Part shown: positions 49,078 through 56,877 of the stretch, in pieces
How positions within the stretch are numbered: the stretch's first letter is position 1
Layout of the letters: each line of letters starts with the position of its first letter
Virus record (IMG/VR): IMGVR_UViG_3300048928_000366
Location: 1 to 56,877 of that record
DNA length: 56,877 nt
Origin: a virus
Reading direction: 5' to 3' (one strand)
The notes under the pieces: model-generated
Told to the model about the DNA's origin: nothing
The model's input: the letters and a program-made list of their open reading frames with translations, nothing else
Databases searched by the model: none
Made by a program: the position numbers and the translations under genes

Positions 49078-49953
49078 ATGAACAACACAGGTATTATATG
49101 GACAGAGGCAACATGGAATCCAATGAGTGGATGCCAAAAAATCAGCCAGGGCTGTAAGTATTGTTATGCTGCTACTTTGGCAGAAAAGTATAACGGCACA
49201 TCTTCATTCCCTCATGGATTTGATTTAACAATTCGAGAGCATAAGTTGAAAGAGCCGTTTAAGCTAAAGTCTCCAACGTTGATATTCGCCAATAGTATGA
49301 GCGACCTATTTTGGGATAAAGTACCAAATGAATACAGGCATAAGGTAGTAGACGTGATAGAGCAAACCCCGCAGCACGAATATCAGGTACTCACAAAGCG
49401 ACCGGATATTATGCTGAAATTCTCAAGAGAACGGAAGCTACCACTCAACTTCTGGGCCGGGACAACAATAGAAGATCAAGCAGCTATGAGTCGGTTGGAC
49501 ATCTTAAAGAAAGTAGACGCGGAAATCAGGTTCATAAGCTATGAGCCACTGATCAGCGCAATTGAATTCAGTAAACAGGATTTATCAGGCATTCAGTGGG
49601 CCATAACCGGAGGAGAAAGCGGAACCCATTTGTGGAATGAGGAGATATGTAACAATAGAGCACTGGTTAGATATAATAGGACAGCCAAGAAATGGGAAGT
49701 AAGAGAGGATCGGGCCAACTGGGTAAGAACAATTCGTGATCATTGCATAGATAAAGGCGTTAAGTTCTTTCATAAGCAATGGGGCGGAAGTTACCCCGAA
49801 GCGGCAGGTAGGCTATTGGATGGTGAATTTTGGAGTGAAATACCGCGCTTGCCAGGAGAGCGGACCAACATAAATAATGATTATTTGAAATGGATAGAGG
49901 GCGGGAAGGTGAAAGAAGGGACTAAAGACAAATTGCTTATTAAAACAATATAA
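49078..49953 (+). CDS. DUF5131 (phage Gp37/Gp68) family protein
   Basis: IWTEATWNPMSGCQKISQGCKYCYA is the family N-terminal signature as I recall it. Confidence 0.7.
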   Translation: MNNTGIIWTEATWNPMSGCQKISQGCKYCYAATLAEKYNGTSSFPHGFDLTIREHKLKEPFKLKSPTLIFANSMSDLFWDKVPNEYRHKVVDVIEQTPQHEYQVLTKRPDIMLKFSRERKLPLNFWAGTTIEDQAAMSRLDILKKVDAEIRFISYEPLISAIEFSKQDLSGIQWAITGGESGTHLWNEEICNNRALVRYNRTAKKWEVREDRANWVRTIRDHCIDKGVKFFHKQWGGSYPEAAGRLLDGEFWSEIPRLPGERTNINNDYLKWIEGGKVKEGTKDKLLIKTI

Positions 49954-49971
49954 TTCGGATATAAAACCGAT

Positions 49972-50361
49972 ATGCCAAGAACGAAAGAGGACATACTGAA
50001 AGATGGTGCAAAAACCAGGTTTTCAAGCTCAAATCAGCCCAAAAACTACAGAGGGTCTACTAAGATGCTGACTGAAATGCTGATGAAGGATTTGGATAGC
50101 AAAAAGGACATTATAATAGAAGGCATAGATGTGTTAACAGGAGAGAAGCGAAAGATACGTGTACCTGTCCCCACAAAGGCTATCATCACCCGAGCGCTGC
50201 TTACCAAGGCAGCAAAGGGTGATGTATATGCTATTAGAGAAGTATTTGATAGGGTAGAGGGCAAAGCGCAGCAAAATATAGATGTAACTACAGACGGAGA
50301 ATCCCTGAACGAGAAGAGGCCGTCTGCAAAGTTGCCTGATGGTACTATACTCGAAATATGA
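49972..50361 (+). CDS. terS: Putative terminase small subunit
   Basis: 129 aa, basic N-terminus. Overlaps the terL start (ATGA). Confidence 0.5.
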   Translation: MPRTKEDILKDGAKTRFSSSNQPKNYRGSTKMLTEMLMKDLDSKKDIIIEGIDVLTGEKRKIRVPVPTKAIITRALLTKAAKGDVYAIREVFDRVEGKAQQNIDVTTDGESLNEKRPSAKLPDGTILEI

Positions 50362-51665
50362 TTTATACGCCAACCGTAGATTTACAGAAAAATCCCAAAC
50401 AGTACGAGTACTTTATTGAGTTGGTAAAGGCTTGTAATGGGATTACTAACTACCGTAAATTCCTGTATGGTGGCGCGATTAGGGGCGGAAAAACCTATGT
50501 TACCTTATGGGATCTAATTTACTTAGCGAACCGATATGAAGGTTCGAAGTGGCATACAATACGAGAAGACTTCCCTGTACTTCAGGCAACTACAATTCCC
50601 TCATTTGAGAAGATTATAAGGGGCTCTACTAATTGGAAGTGGAACCGGGATCGGGCCAATTACTTCGCCTATAACAAAAAGGATTCAAAGATCTTCTTTA
50701 AGGGAGAGAATATCAAGCAGGACCCTGAATTAAATGACTTCTTGGGGCTTGAAACAAATGGTATATTCTGGGAGCAGCTGGAACAGATAAATAAGAAATC
50801 ATATCAGATAGGGAACTCTCGTTGCGGCTCTTGGTATATCGACCCAATGCCACCAGCATTCACCTTTGGGACACTGAATCCTACCCAAAAATGGCCAAAG
50901 GAAGAGTTTTTCATTAAATGGATCAATAACGAATTGCCGCCAGATGTATATTTCCAACACGCTCTGCCTACAGACAATGCTTTTGTGACAGCGGATCAAT
51001 GGGACATATGGGGGCAGATGGATGAGCGATATCAAAAACAGTTCATAGAGGGCGATTGGACCAACTTCGACGAGAAAGATAACCGGTTTGTTTACTCCTA
51101 CTCAGACGACAAGCACCTGGGAGAGCCAGCGCTGGACATCCGCAAGGAGATCTATCTATCATTCGACTTTAACAAGGACCCAATCACCTGCAGCGTATGG
51201 CAGTTCTATGAGGGTAAGATATTCGGTATCGAGCAAATCAAATTAGGTAATTCTAACATATTCGAGCTTTGCGACTACATCAACGTTAACTATCCGCGAG
51301 GAGTGTTCTGGGTAACTGGGGACGCTACCGGTAAAAACAGTTCTGCCCTGGTTAAGGATAACTCTAACTACTATACTGTAATCAAACAGAAGCTGAACCT
51401 CTCTATAACACAGCTTAAAGTGCCGGCTGTTAACCCGTCATTAGAAGAGAATAGAGTGCTCGTAAACGCGATCTTCCACAGGCACCCGATAGTACTGCAC
51501 AAAGAGAAGATGAAGGCCCTTATATGGGACCTGAAGAACGTTCGTGTGGACGTAGAGGGGATGATCATCAAAGAGAACCGTAAAGATCCGGCGCAACAGG
51601 CCGACTGTCTGGATACCTGCCGGTACTTCTTGAATACCTTCTTTAGCTGGTTCCTGAAAGCATAG
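50358..51665 (+). CDS. terL: Terminase large subunit
   Basis: Walker A YGGAIRGGKTY and C-terminal nuclease-like acidic motifs. 435 aa. Confidence 0.8.
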   Translation: MIYTPTVDLQKNPKQYEYFIELVKACNGITNYRKFLYGGAIRGGKTYVTLWDLIYLANRYEGSKWHTIREDFPVLQATTIPSFEKIIRGSTNWKWNRDRANYFAYNKKDSKIFFKGENIKQDPELNDFLGLETNGIFWEQLEQINKKSYQIGNSRCGSWYIDPMPPAFTFGTLNPTQKWPKEEFFIKWINNELPPDVYFQHALPTDNAFVTADQWDIWGQMDERYQKQFIEGDWTNFDEKDNRFVYSYSDDKHLGEPALDIRKEIYLSFDFNKDPITCSVWQFYEGKIFGIEQIKLGNSNIFELCDYINVNYPRGVFWVTGDATGKNSSALVKDNSNYYTVIKQKLNLSITQLKVPAVNPSLEENRVLVNAIFHRHPIVLHKEKMKALIWDLKNVRVDVEGMIIKENRKDPAQQADCLDTCRYFLNTFFSWFLKA

Positions 51666-52482
51666 GAACATTGTTAACTGCCATTTGTATCATCTTTTGG
51701 TTGCCCTCATAAGTAAAATACTGCTCGTAAATGGCCGGTATTGCCCGTTGTTTCCTTATAATCTCTTCTTCGGGTATAGCAGATAGTATCTCATGTACGC
51801 TGTGCGCATTCTCAGCCTCTATAATCACCCCATACTCGTCGAATGGTATATTATGCGGTATTACGAATTCATCGCTTATATAGACCGGAATAGAGCCATA
51901 TTGCAATGCTTCCTGAACCCGGAAGGAAGTAGGGCCGAAACCCCTGGGGCATAGTGTAAAAGTTGACTGCATCAGAACAGAGCAGAAAGCCTGGATACTG
52001 TACTTATGCGTCCGGATTAAAGCGCCTCGTTGGTAAGTCAGCTTAACTAGTTCCTCCCGTATCGGGTGAGTTAGATTCCCAATGAAGTTGTACAGGTACC
52101 GGCGCTTCACTGGCATGTGATAATACTCGTGCGCCTGGGCGATCAGTGGCAGCGGGTAATCCGTCCTGCCACCCGACATGCTGAATACAATGATATCCAG
52201 ATCTTTCAGGTCGTTCTGAATACCGTGGTCGTACTGCACAATCGTGTAATACCGTTTCGACCGATCCAGTCCGTTCAGGAACTTCTGCAGGTCAACCATT
52301 GCCGGCTTGTGCTGCCCGAACTTGTGCCTGCAGTAATATGCTGTCCAGAAGACAGGCAGATATTCGCGATCCTCCGTGCCTAAGTGGTGATTCTCGTAAT
52401 ACCAGCGCTCAAAGTCAGTATGGTTATCCTCTGGATAGCGAAATGGGTGCTTTGGCCGGAACTTCTCTGGTACGTATATCAT
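51643..52482 (-). CDS. Exostosin-like (GT47-like) glycosyltransferase
   Basis: TFTLCPRGFGPTSFRVQEALQYGSIPVYISD resembles the exostosin-family C-terminal motif. Last gene of the leftward operon, with a 23-nt convergent overlap with terL. Confidence 0.5.
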   Translation of the reverse strand: MIYVPEKFRPKHPFRYPEDNHTDFERWYYENHHLGTEDREYLPVFWTAYYCRHKFGQHKPAMVDLQKFLNGLDRSKRYYTIVQYDHGIQNDLKDLDIIVFSMSGGRTDYPLPLIAQAHEYYHMPVKRRYLYNFIGNLTHPIREELVKLTYQRGALIRTHKYSIQAFCSVLMQSTFTLCPRGFGPTSFRVQEALQYGSIPVYISDEFVIPHNIPFDEYGVIIEAENAHSVHEILSAIPEEEIIRKQRAIPAIYEQYFTYEGNQKMIQMAVNNVPMLSGTS

Positions 52483-52688
52483 TTGAAAGGGTTCAAAGGA
52501 GCAGGTAAAACGGTCCGCCCAAACAACTTACCTGACTTATAGATATACAAATTGCCATGAGCGTCATTGACAAGGTTGTAGTATAATTTCAGATGCTTAT
52601 AGATCCTCGGACAGAAAAAAGCCCATGTCGCACGCAAGATATGCAATATGGCTTTTGCGATCAGAATTGATATAATTATTTCTTTCAT
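52479..52688 (-). CDS. Small membrane protein
   Basis: 69 aa with ATGA overlaps on both sides. Confidence 0.5.
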   Translation of the reverse strand: MKEIIISILIAKAILHILRATWAFFCPRIYKHLKLYYNLVNDAHGNLYIYKSGKLFGRTVLPAPLNPFK

Positions 52689-52843
52689 GTTTCTCTTATT
52701 ATTGGTTCAGACATATTCCCGCATTGCGGGCATTCCAGTTCAGTAGTGATCACCGGCCACACAGCAACCCATTGGTGAGTGCAAATAGGGCATTCCACAG
52801 GTGCGGATTGCCATGGACCGGTGTATTCTTCTTCTTGGCTCAT
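52685..52843 (-). CDS. Small zinc-ribbon protein (52 aa, below the ORF-track cutoff)
   Basis: My own translation gives MSQEEEYTGPWQSAPVECPICTHQW...ECPQCGNMSEPIIRET. ATGA overlaps on both sides. Confidence 0.5.
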   Translation of the reverse strand: MSQEEEYTGPWQSAPVECPICTHQWVAVWPVITTELECPQCGNMSEPIIRET

Positions 52844-53133
52844 GCTGCTGTCATTTTTCGATTATCGTATTGGCGTTTCTGCTCCAGAAGATCCTCGAGG
52901 GTTTTATCCTGACAGATGCTAAATATTAAATAGGGGGCAACGATTCCGTCTGTATTAATGGATATACCTATGTAATCGTTTGGGTATAATCCATCTATGT
53001 CCCAGAAGAGCAGTTTGTTTTCACACTCTTCCCCAGGGCCATACGACGTAACGTCTATTGGAGCACCAAAGTGATCAATGATAAGATTGAACGACTGCTC
53101 AGATATATCAATAGGTACTTGGAAAACGGCCAT
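52840..53133 (-). CDS. Hypothetical protein
   Basis: 97 aa. Its ATG overlaps the upstream stop by 1 nt and its stop overlaps the downstream ATG (ATGA). Confidence 0.5.
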   Translation of the reverse strand: MAVFQVPIDISEQSFNLIIDHFGAPIDVTSYGPGEECENKLLFWDIDGLYPNDYIGISINTDGIVAPYLIFSICQDKTLEDLLEQKRQYDNRKMTAA

Positions 53134-53762
53134 TAGTTTACCTTTAAAAGTGATTTACGTATATACCATGCATCTCCCCATGTGCCGCCAGCCCAGTTGG
53201 TTTCTACCCGCTGGAATTCGGTCAGGAACTCGTCCAGGTGGTGAACCTTGGCGCAGCCTTCGTAGACTTCATCTCGGTTGACTTCTGTGTATATGTAGTC
53301 GATACCTTTTAGCGTCTCTGTAGCCCCTTTAAGCACTTCCAGCTCGTATCCCTGCACATCCATCACGAGCAGATTCATGACGCACCTGAATAGCTCGAAT
53401 TCATCCAGGGGGCGTACTTCTACCTCTTCAGTCTCGGTGAACTGGATGGACGGATACTGCTGCAGATGCTTTGCCGGCTTCAGGAGTGAATTGCTCATGC
53501 CTTGGTTGGCTTGCTCGACATTCATGGTAGCAATCCCAAATTCTGCGCCGCAAGCGGAGTTGATGAGAGTAACACCCGGCACCTGACCAAACGTGGCTGT
53601 AAGCACCTCAAAGGCCTTGCTGCATGGTTCAATAAATACCACTTCCGATATGCCAGCGCGCTCGTATTCCGCGTACTCCTGGCCGTAATGGGCACCTACA
53701 TGTATTATTCCATCTATGTTTAGGTTGTACTTTTGTATCGATTCTTTGAAGCTAATCAGCAT
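53133..53762 (-). CDS. FkbM-family methyltransferase
   Basis: IIHVGAHYGQEYAEY...VVFIEP matches the FkbM pattern. ATG 53762 is preferred, giving an 11-nt overlap instead of 119 nt. Confidence 0.65.
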   Translation of the reverse strand: MLISFKESIQKYNLNIDGIIHVGAHYGQEYAEYERAGISEVVFIEPCSKAFEVLTATFGQVPGVTLINSACGAEFGIATMNVEQANQGMSNSLLKPAKHLQQYPSIQFTETEEVEVRPLDEFELFRCVMNLLVMDVQGYELEVLKGATETLKGIDYIYTEVNRDEVYEGCAKVHHLDEFLTEFQRVETNWAGGTWGDAWYIRKSLLKVN

Positions 53763-54276
53763 ATATGAAGGCGATTTTATCGTGAAAGTTTGCCTTGAAT
53801 GGGAATGTGCCCATTTCCCATTGGCCCAGAATTGTCTGCTCAAATGGCAGCCCTTGACTGTAAAACTCATCCCTGCAACAATGCAAATCCTCCACTACAT
53901 AGAATTTAGAAGATCCGATGAGCGAGTACATTGTGATCAACTGGTCTCTGCTGTTATGGCTACCATCATCAATTATGACGTCGAAATGCCTGTTGTTTCG
54001 GAGGTTATACAATATTTCGTGGTCCAGCTGATTACCCTTGATAAACTCTACGCCTGGAATATCAGGGATGGGATGCTCATCAAACAGGTCAAGTACAGTA
54101 ATCTGAGCATCGGGGAATATTTCGCGCCACATCCGGACGCTGTTTCCCTTCTCACACCCTATCTCAAGGATGGAAGTGATTTGCTGCGGGGATGCCAGAT
54201 ACCACTCGTACCATCGAATATACCCATGCGTTGCCTTGTCTGTGCCGTGCTTCTCGGCGATCTCTTGCCAGGTCAT
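53752..54276 (-). CDS. Class I SAM-dependent methyltransferase
   Basis: HGTDKATHGY...ILEIGCEKGNS...VLDL...IIDDGSH is motif I and post-I of sugar-type O-methyltransferases. Confidence 0.65.
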   Translation of the reverse strand: MTWQEIAEKHGTDKATHGYIRWYEWYLASPQQITSILEIGCEKGNSVRMWREIFPDAQITVLDLFDEHPIPDIPGVEFIKGNQLDHEILYNLRNNRHFDVIIDDGSHNSRDQLITMYSLIGSSKFYVVEDLHCCRDEFYSQGLPFEQTILGQWEMGTFPFKANFHDKIAFIYAD

Positions 54277-54277
54277 A

Positions 54278-55012
54278 TTAGTATTTTATTTGAATCCATG
54301 AATCGGGAATGATATCGTCGGTGCACAAATGCGCGTTACCAGGTCCGAACCAGTTGTATTTAGAGGGGCTTACCACCACCTTGTCGGGGTTCTGATTCAG
54401 CCATGCACCCCACCAGGAGAAAGTACTGTTACTGATGATCTGATGTTGGCAGCTGGACATAAGTTCGAGGTCTTCCCGCCCTGTACGGCCTTCTGAGAAG
54501 AACCAATCATAAGCATCATACAATTTTTGGGGCAGCTCGAAGCGCACAAACTTTTTGCACCATTCAATATCATCACTGAAAAACATGAAACGTTCCACCT
54601 CTGCTAAGCCAAGTACACGATGAATTGCTTGGATAAGGAATTCTTTGGTCACCACTGGGTGCTTATCTGGATATTTGAGGTAATCCCCCCTACGAACATG
54701 TATAGCGCATGTCTCGGGGAACACCGGCATCCAATTATATCCGAACGCTTTCAGCACCTCTTCCCGGCAGTGGGCGAAGTAGCGTTCGCTCTGCCAATAG
54801 CCGTCAAGTACCAAGTTGAAATATATGTTTATAAACCCGGATGGTAATTCCTGATATTGATGCCCCTCTTCCCGTATTGTAATAGCACCTCTTGGCGGTA
54901 CAGTTGACAGTTTGTATTCAAATCCCAGTTTTTTTGCATATCCGATAGCCGCCGCCATCTGAAAGAGGTTGTTCCCTAAACGCCCGTACTGTTTAGCGTA
55001 TACTGTGCTCAT
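54278..55012 (-). CDS. GT11-family alpha-1,2-fucosyltransferase-like glycosyltransferase
   Basis: GRLGNNLFQ, HVRRGDY and ISNSTFSWWGAWL match the three GT11 signature motifs. Confidence 0.7.
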   Translation of the reverse strand: MSTVYAKQYGRLGNNLFQMAAAIGYAKKLGFEYKLSTVPPRGAITIREEGHQYQELPSGFINIYFNLVLDGYWQSERYFAHCREEVLKAFGYNWMPVFPETCAIHVRRGDYLKYPDKHPVVTKEFLIQAIHRVLGLAEVERFMFFSDDIEWCKKFVRFELPQKLYDAYDWFFSEGRTGREDLELMSSCQHQIISNSTFSWWGAWLNQNPDKVVVSPSKYNWFGPGNAHLCTDDIIPDSWIQIKY

Positions 55013-55209
55013 ATAATTTCGTCAATAGTGTTACGAATATCCTTCCGGAACTTTTTTGATATTAGACAACAAATAGCAGTCCCTAACAGTATTAGGGGCC
55101 AGATAATATATAGATAGCTTACCTTTCGTATCGGATATCCAAGCAACATTGTCCCTGAAAAGAATAACGCTGTAGAGATTATACTATATATAACAAATAA
55201 ATTATACAT
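55009..55209 (-). CDS. Small two-TM membrane protein
   Basis: 66 aa with ATGA overlap. Confidence 0.5.
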   Translation of the reverse strand: MYNLFVIYSIISTALFFSGTMLLGYPIRKVSYLYIIWPLILLGTAICCLISKKFRKDIRNTIDEII

Positions 55210-55210
55210 T

Positions 55211-55900
55211 CTACCTGAGCGTTTTTATGAGATCCTTTACCTCTGCCGCTTTCTTCATGTTGTAATCGCATTCCTCCAGGAAGCCGCTGCCTTTATGGAC
55301 CCTGTGGAAATATTCCATATCCCGCAGGACGAAGAAGCTGCCGCCGTCTTTCAGCCATAAGTAATTGAACCAGATCGTATCTGTTCCTTTCATTGCCTCG
55401 TTGTACTGGAAGACCCGCAGATACTCCTGCCTGTTGACTACGTAGTTGCAGGTATTGAAAAGGCAGTCGCCAAGTGGCTTACTGATAACCGATTTAGCTG
55501 TTTCTGAATTGATTACCTGGCCGGCAAACTTCCGGTAGTCAAACTGTGGTTTAGCGAAGGACGGGCAGTAAATAAAATCCTTTCGCATCTTGCCGAAAGG
55601 GATAGCATCCAAGTACGAGCCGTCAATCACGTTATCGCTATCAAATAGGATACACCATTCGTTATGTGCGTATTCAATCGCGCGGGCCTTGTTCCGGCTC
55701 ATGCCCAGGTTGCCCTCATTCTGGTAGAACCTGACCTTACCATACCCTGATAGGGTGTAGAAGAGTTGATCCACTACCTCCGGCTTGCTGCAGTCATCGA
55801 CAATCACGATTTCACTAATGCGCGGATCATCCAGTACTTGCCGGAAACTTTCAATAGTTAGGTCGTACCGGTTATATGTTGTTATGCAGAGAGAGAGCAT
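55211..55900 (-). CDS. GT2-family glycosyltransferase
   Basis: LSLCITTYNRYD...IVIVDDCS...LFDSDN shows GT-A fold motifs. Confidence 0.75.
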   Translation of the reverse strand: MLSLCITTYNRYDLTIESFRQVLDDPRISEIVIVDDCSKPEVVDQLFYTLSGYGKVRFYQNEGNLGMSRNKARAIEYAHNEWCILFDSDNVIDGSYLDAIPFGKMRKDFIYCPSFAKPQFDYRKFAGQVINSETAKSVISKPLGDCLFNTCNYVVNRQEYLRVFQYNEAMKGTDTIWFNYLWLKDGGSFFVLRDMEYFHRVHKGSGFLEECDYNMKKAAEVKDLIKTLR

Positions 55901-56118
55901 GATAAATGTAAATTCAAAATGTTATCAATTAAATACTGTTTGGCCTCAGCTGAATTCATGTCACTATAAGGAATAGTTACTTCTCCTTTCGCTGTAATTT
56001 GACCTTTTGTCAATTCAAAGCGTATGATCGTTTCGCATGGTGTTGTGACCTCGCTCCCATATCCGCCCAAAGCAGTGAAACTAGTACTAACGCTTATTAT
56101 TTGGATGTAATTACTCAC
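55882..56118 (-). CDS. Hypothetical protein
   Basis: 78 aa. Overlaps both neighbours. Confidence 0.45.
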   Translation of the reverse strand: MSNYIQIISVSTSFTALGGYGSEVTTPCETIIRFELTKGQITAKGEVTIPYSDMNSAEAKQYLIDNILNLHLSCSLSA

Positions 56119-56729
56119 TTATAGAATCGTTTAGCTTGATTGTTGAAATATTTATAGTTGATATCCATCTTGCATATGTCACTATACCCGAACCGCTGTT
56201 CCGCTGCCTGTGGGTAGACAATGAATGACGGGAACTGGTGCTGCAACGTATGTGCAAACCACACATCAATCGTGTTTGTCCTATCTACTATTTCCGGGAT
56301 CTTCATGTTTTCCGCCAACCACGTAGTCATTTCATCACCATATAATATGGCGTGGGTAGTTACCACTCCCTTTGCCCGATACAGCCAATTACCTACCCGT
56401 TTGAGCGTCTGAGTGGCATTGCCACCCAGATACAACATGCGCCATCTGTCTGGCAGCTCGTTATATGCTTCGAGTAATGCCGGATATGACCTGGTGAAAT
56501 GAACGTCGTCCTCCAATATCAGTATCTGCTTGCCGGCATTCTCCTGAAAAATCCGTTGGTAAGACATGTGTATGCCCTTCATTGGATTCTCATCCTGAAT
56601 AGCCTGGAATCGTTCCACCTCAATACCGAATGCGTCAAACTCCCTCTGAGCAAGTTCCCAGCGGTCCTTCCGGTGATCAAGATTTATGCAGATTGCTTTA
56701 TCAAACATTATTAAATGAATTGGCCCCAT
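56115..56729 (-). CDS. GT25-family (LPS-type) glycosyltransferase
   Basis: AICINLDHRKDRWELAQREF...RFQAI and ILEDDV fit the Glyco_transf_25 pattern. ATG 56729 is preferred over TTG 56735. Confidence 0.6.
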   Translation of the reverse strand: MGPIHLIMFDKAICINLDHRKDRWELAQREFDAFGIEVERFQAIQDENPMKGIHMSYQRIFQENAGKQILILEDDVHFTRSYPALLEAYNELPDRWRMLYLGGNATQTLKRVGNWLYRAKGVVTTHAILYGDEMTTWLAENMKIPEIVDRTNTIDVWFAHTLQHQFPSFIVYPQAAEQRFGYSDICKMDINYKYFNNQAKRFYK

Positions 56730-56758
56730 GTACAATACTGATCGGGGCCGTTTTTTTT
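56722..56758 (+). terminator. Hairpin plus T8 (plus-strand terminator-like); its 5' arm (plus-strand orientation) covers codons 2-3 of the GT25 gene
   Basis: GGCCCC (56722-56727) pairs with GGGGCC (56744-56749) across a 16-nt loop, then T8 (56751-56758). Confidence 0.45.
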
Positions 56759-56877
56759 ATGGTAATTTCCTTTAACGAAACAAAGTTATATATAAAATCT
56801 ATATCGTTTGCAAATACTATAGATAAAACTATATAACTTTGTTGTATGGCATTACTGAATGACTGTTCTTCTAATTA
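56751..56877. repeat. Terminal direct repeat (copy 2), identical to 1-127
   Basis: Read directly. It includes the first 32 nt of the ORF starting at 96. Confidence 0.95.

Larger units (their letters stand above)
1..56750. mobile_element. Complete temperate tailed-phage genome (circular assembly, unique length about 56,750 bp)
   Basis: Exact 127-bp terminal overlap. Full set of virion, lysis, integration, replication and packaging genes with dense phage-like packing. Confidence 0.85.

Noticed and set aside
51643-51665. 23-nt convergent overlap of terL and the GT47-like gene as a regulatory feature
   Set aside because: Short convergent 3' overlaps are common in compact phage genomes. There is no hairpin or motif to suggest a specific function.
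53716-54312. 198-aa plus-strand ORF
   Set aside because: It is antisense to two methyltransferase genes that have clear SAM-binding motifs and ATGA-coupled operon structure.

Overview
The window is a complete, circularly assembled temperate tailed-phage genome. Bases 1-127 are identical to 56751-56877, so the unique length is about 56,750 bp. The host is probably a Bacteroidota bacterium. The evidence is several TAnnTTTG -7 promoter boxes with an upstream TTTG, no Shine-Dalgarno sequences, a Bacteroidota-style tyrosine integrase, and signal peptides ending in AQ. Layout: (i) rightward virion operon(s) at 96-22455. These carry a tail chaperone with a -1 frameshift, tape measure, tail tip and fibre proteins, an embedded GT8-like glycosyltransferase, portal, MuF, scaffold, capsid, connectors, tail tube, a large fibre-like protein and a lysis cassette. 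The tail module unusually lies upstream of the portal. (ii) A small leftward trio at 12684-13415 sits inside the late region. (iii) Integration module at 22.6-25.2 kb: HTH protein, attP-like repeats, integrase, excisionase. (iv) A roughly 20-kb leftward early operon at 45286-25313. It carries DnaB, a replication organiser, a Rad52-like annealase, Gp157-like, DUF1064, HNH and DUF559 nucleases, YopX, a pentapeptide-repeat protein, an NTase-like plus 2OG-oxygenase-like pair, and many small ORFs. (v) A divergent CI/Cro-like switch at 45.3-45.4 kb, followed by morons (an OMP beta-barrel protein, a small TM protein) and a promoter-to-terminator sRNA candidate. (vi) ParB-methyltransferase, DUF5131 and terminase at 47.8-51.7 kb. 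(vii) An 11-gene leftward operon at 56729-51643 encoding GT25, GT2, GT11, a GT47-like protein and two methyltransferases. The four most interesting signals are these. First, the glycosyltransferase/methyltransferase island is coupled to the tail operon by a dyad-symmetric divergent promoter. Second, about 1.4 kb (41.8-43.3 kb) is almost ORF-free, highly structured, and contains tRNA-like T-arm elements. Third, a CAGTGAACA element abuts many start codons. Fourth, a late-promoter motif is conserved in three copies. All functional calls come from reading motifs by eye; no database search was run.
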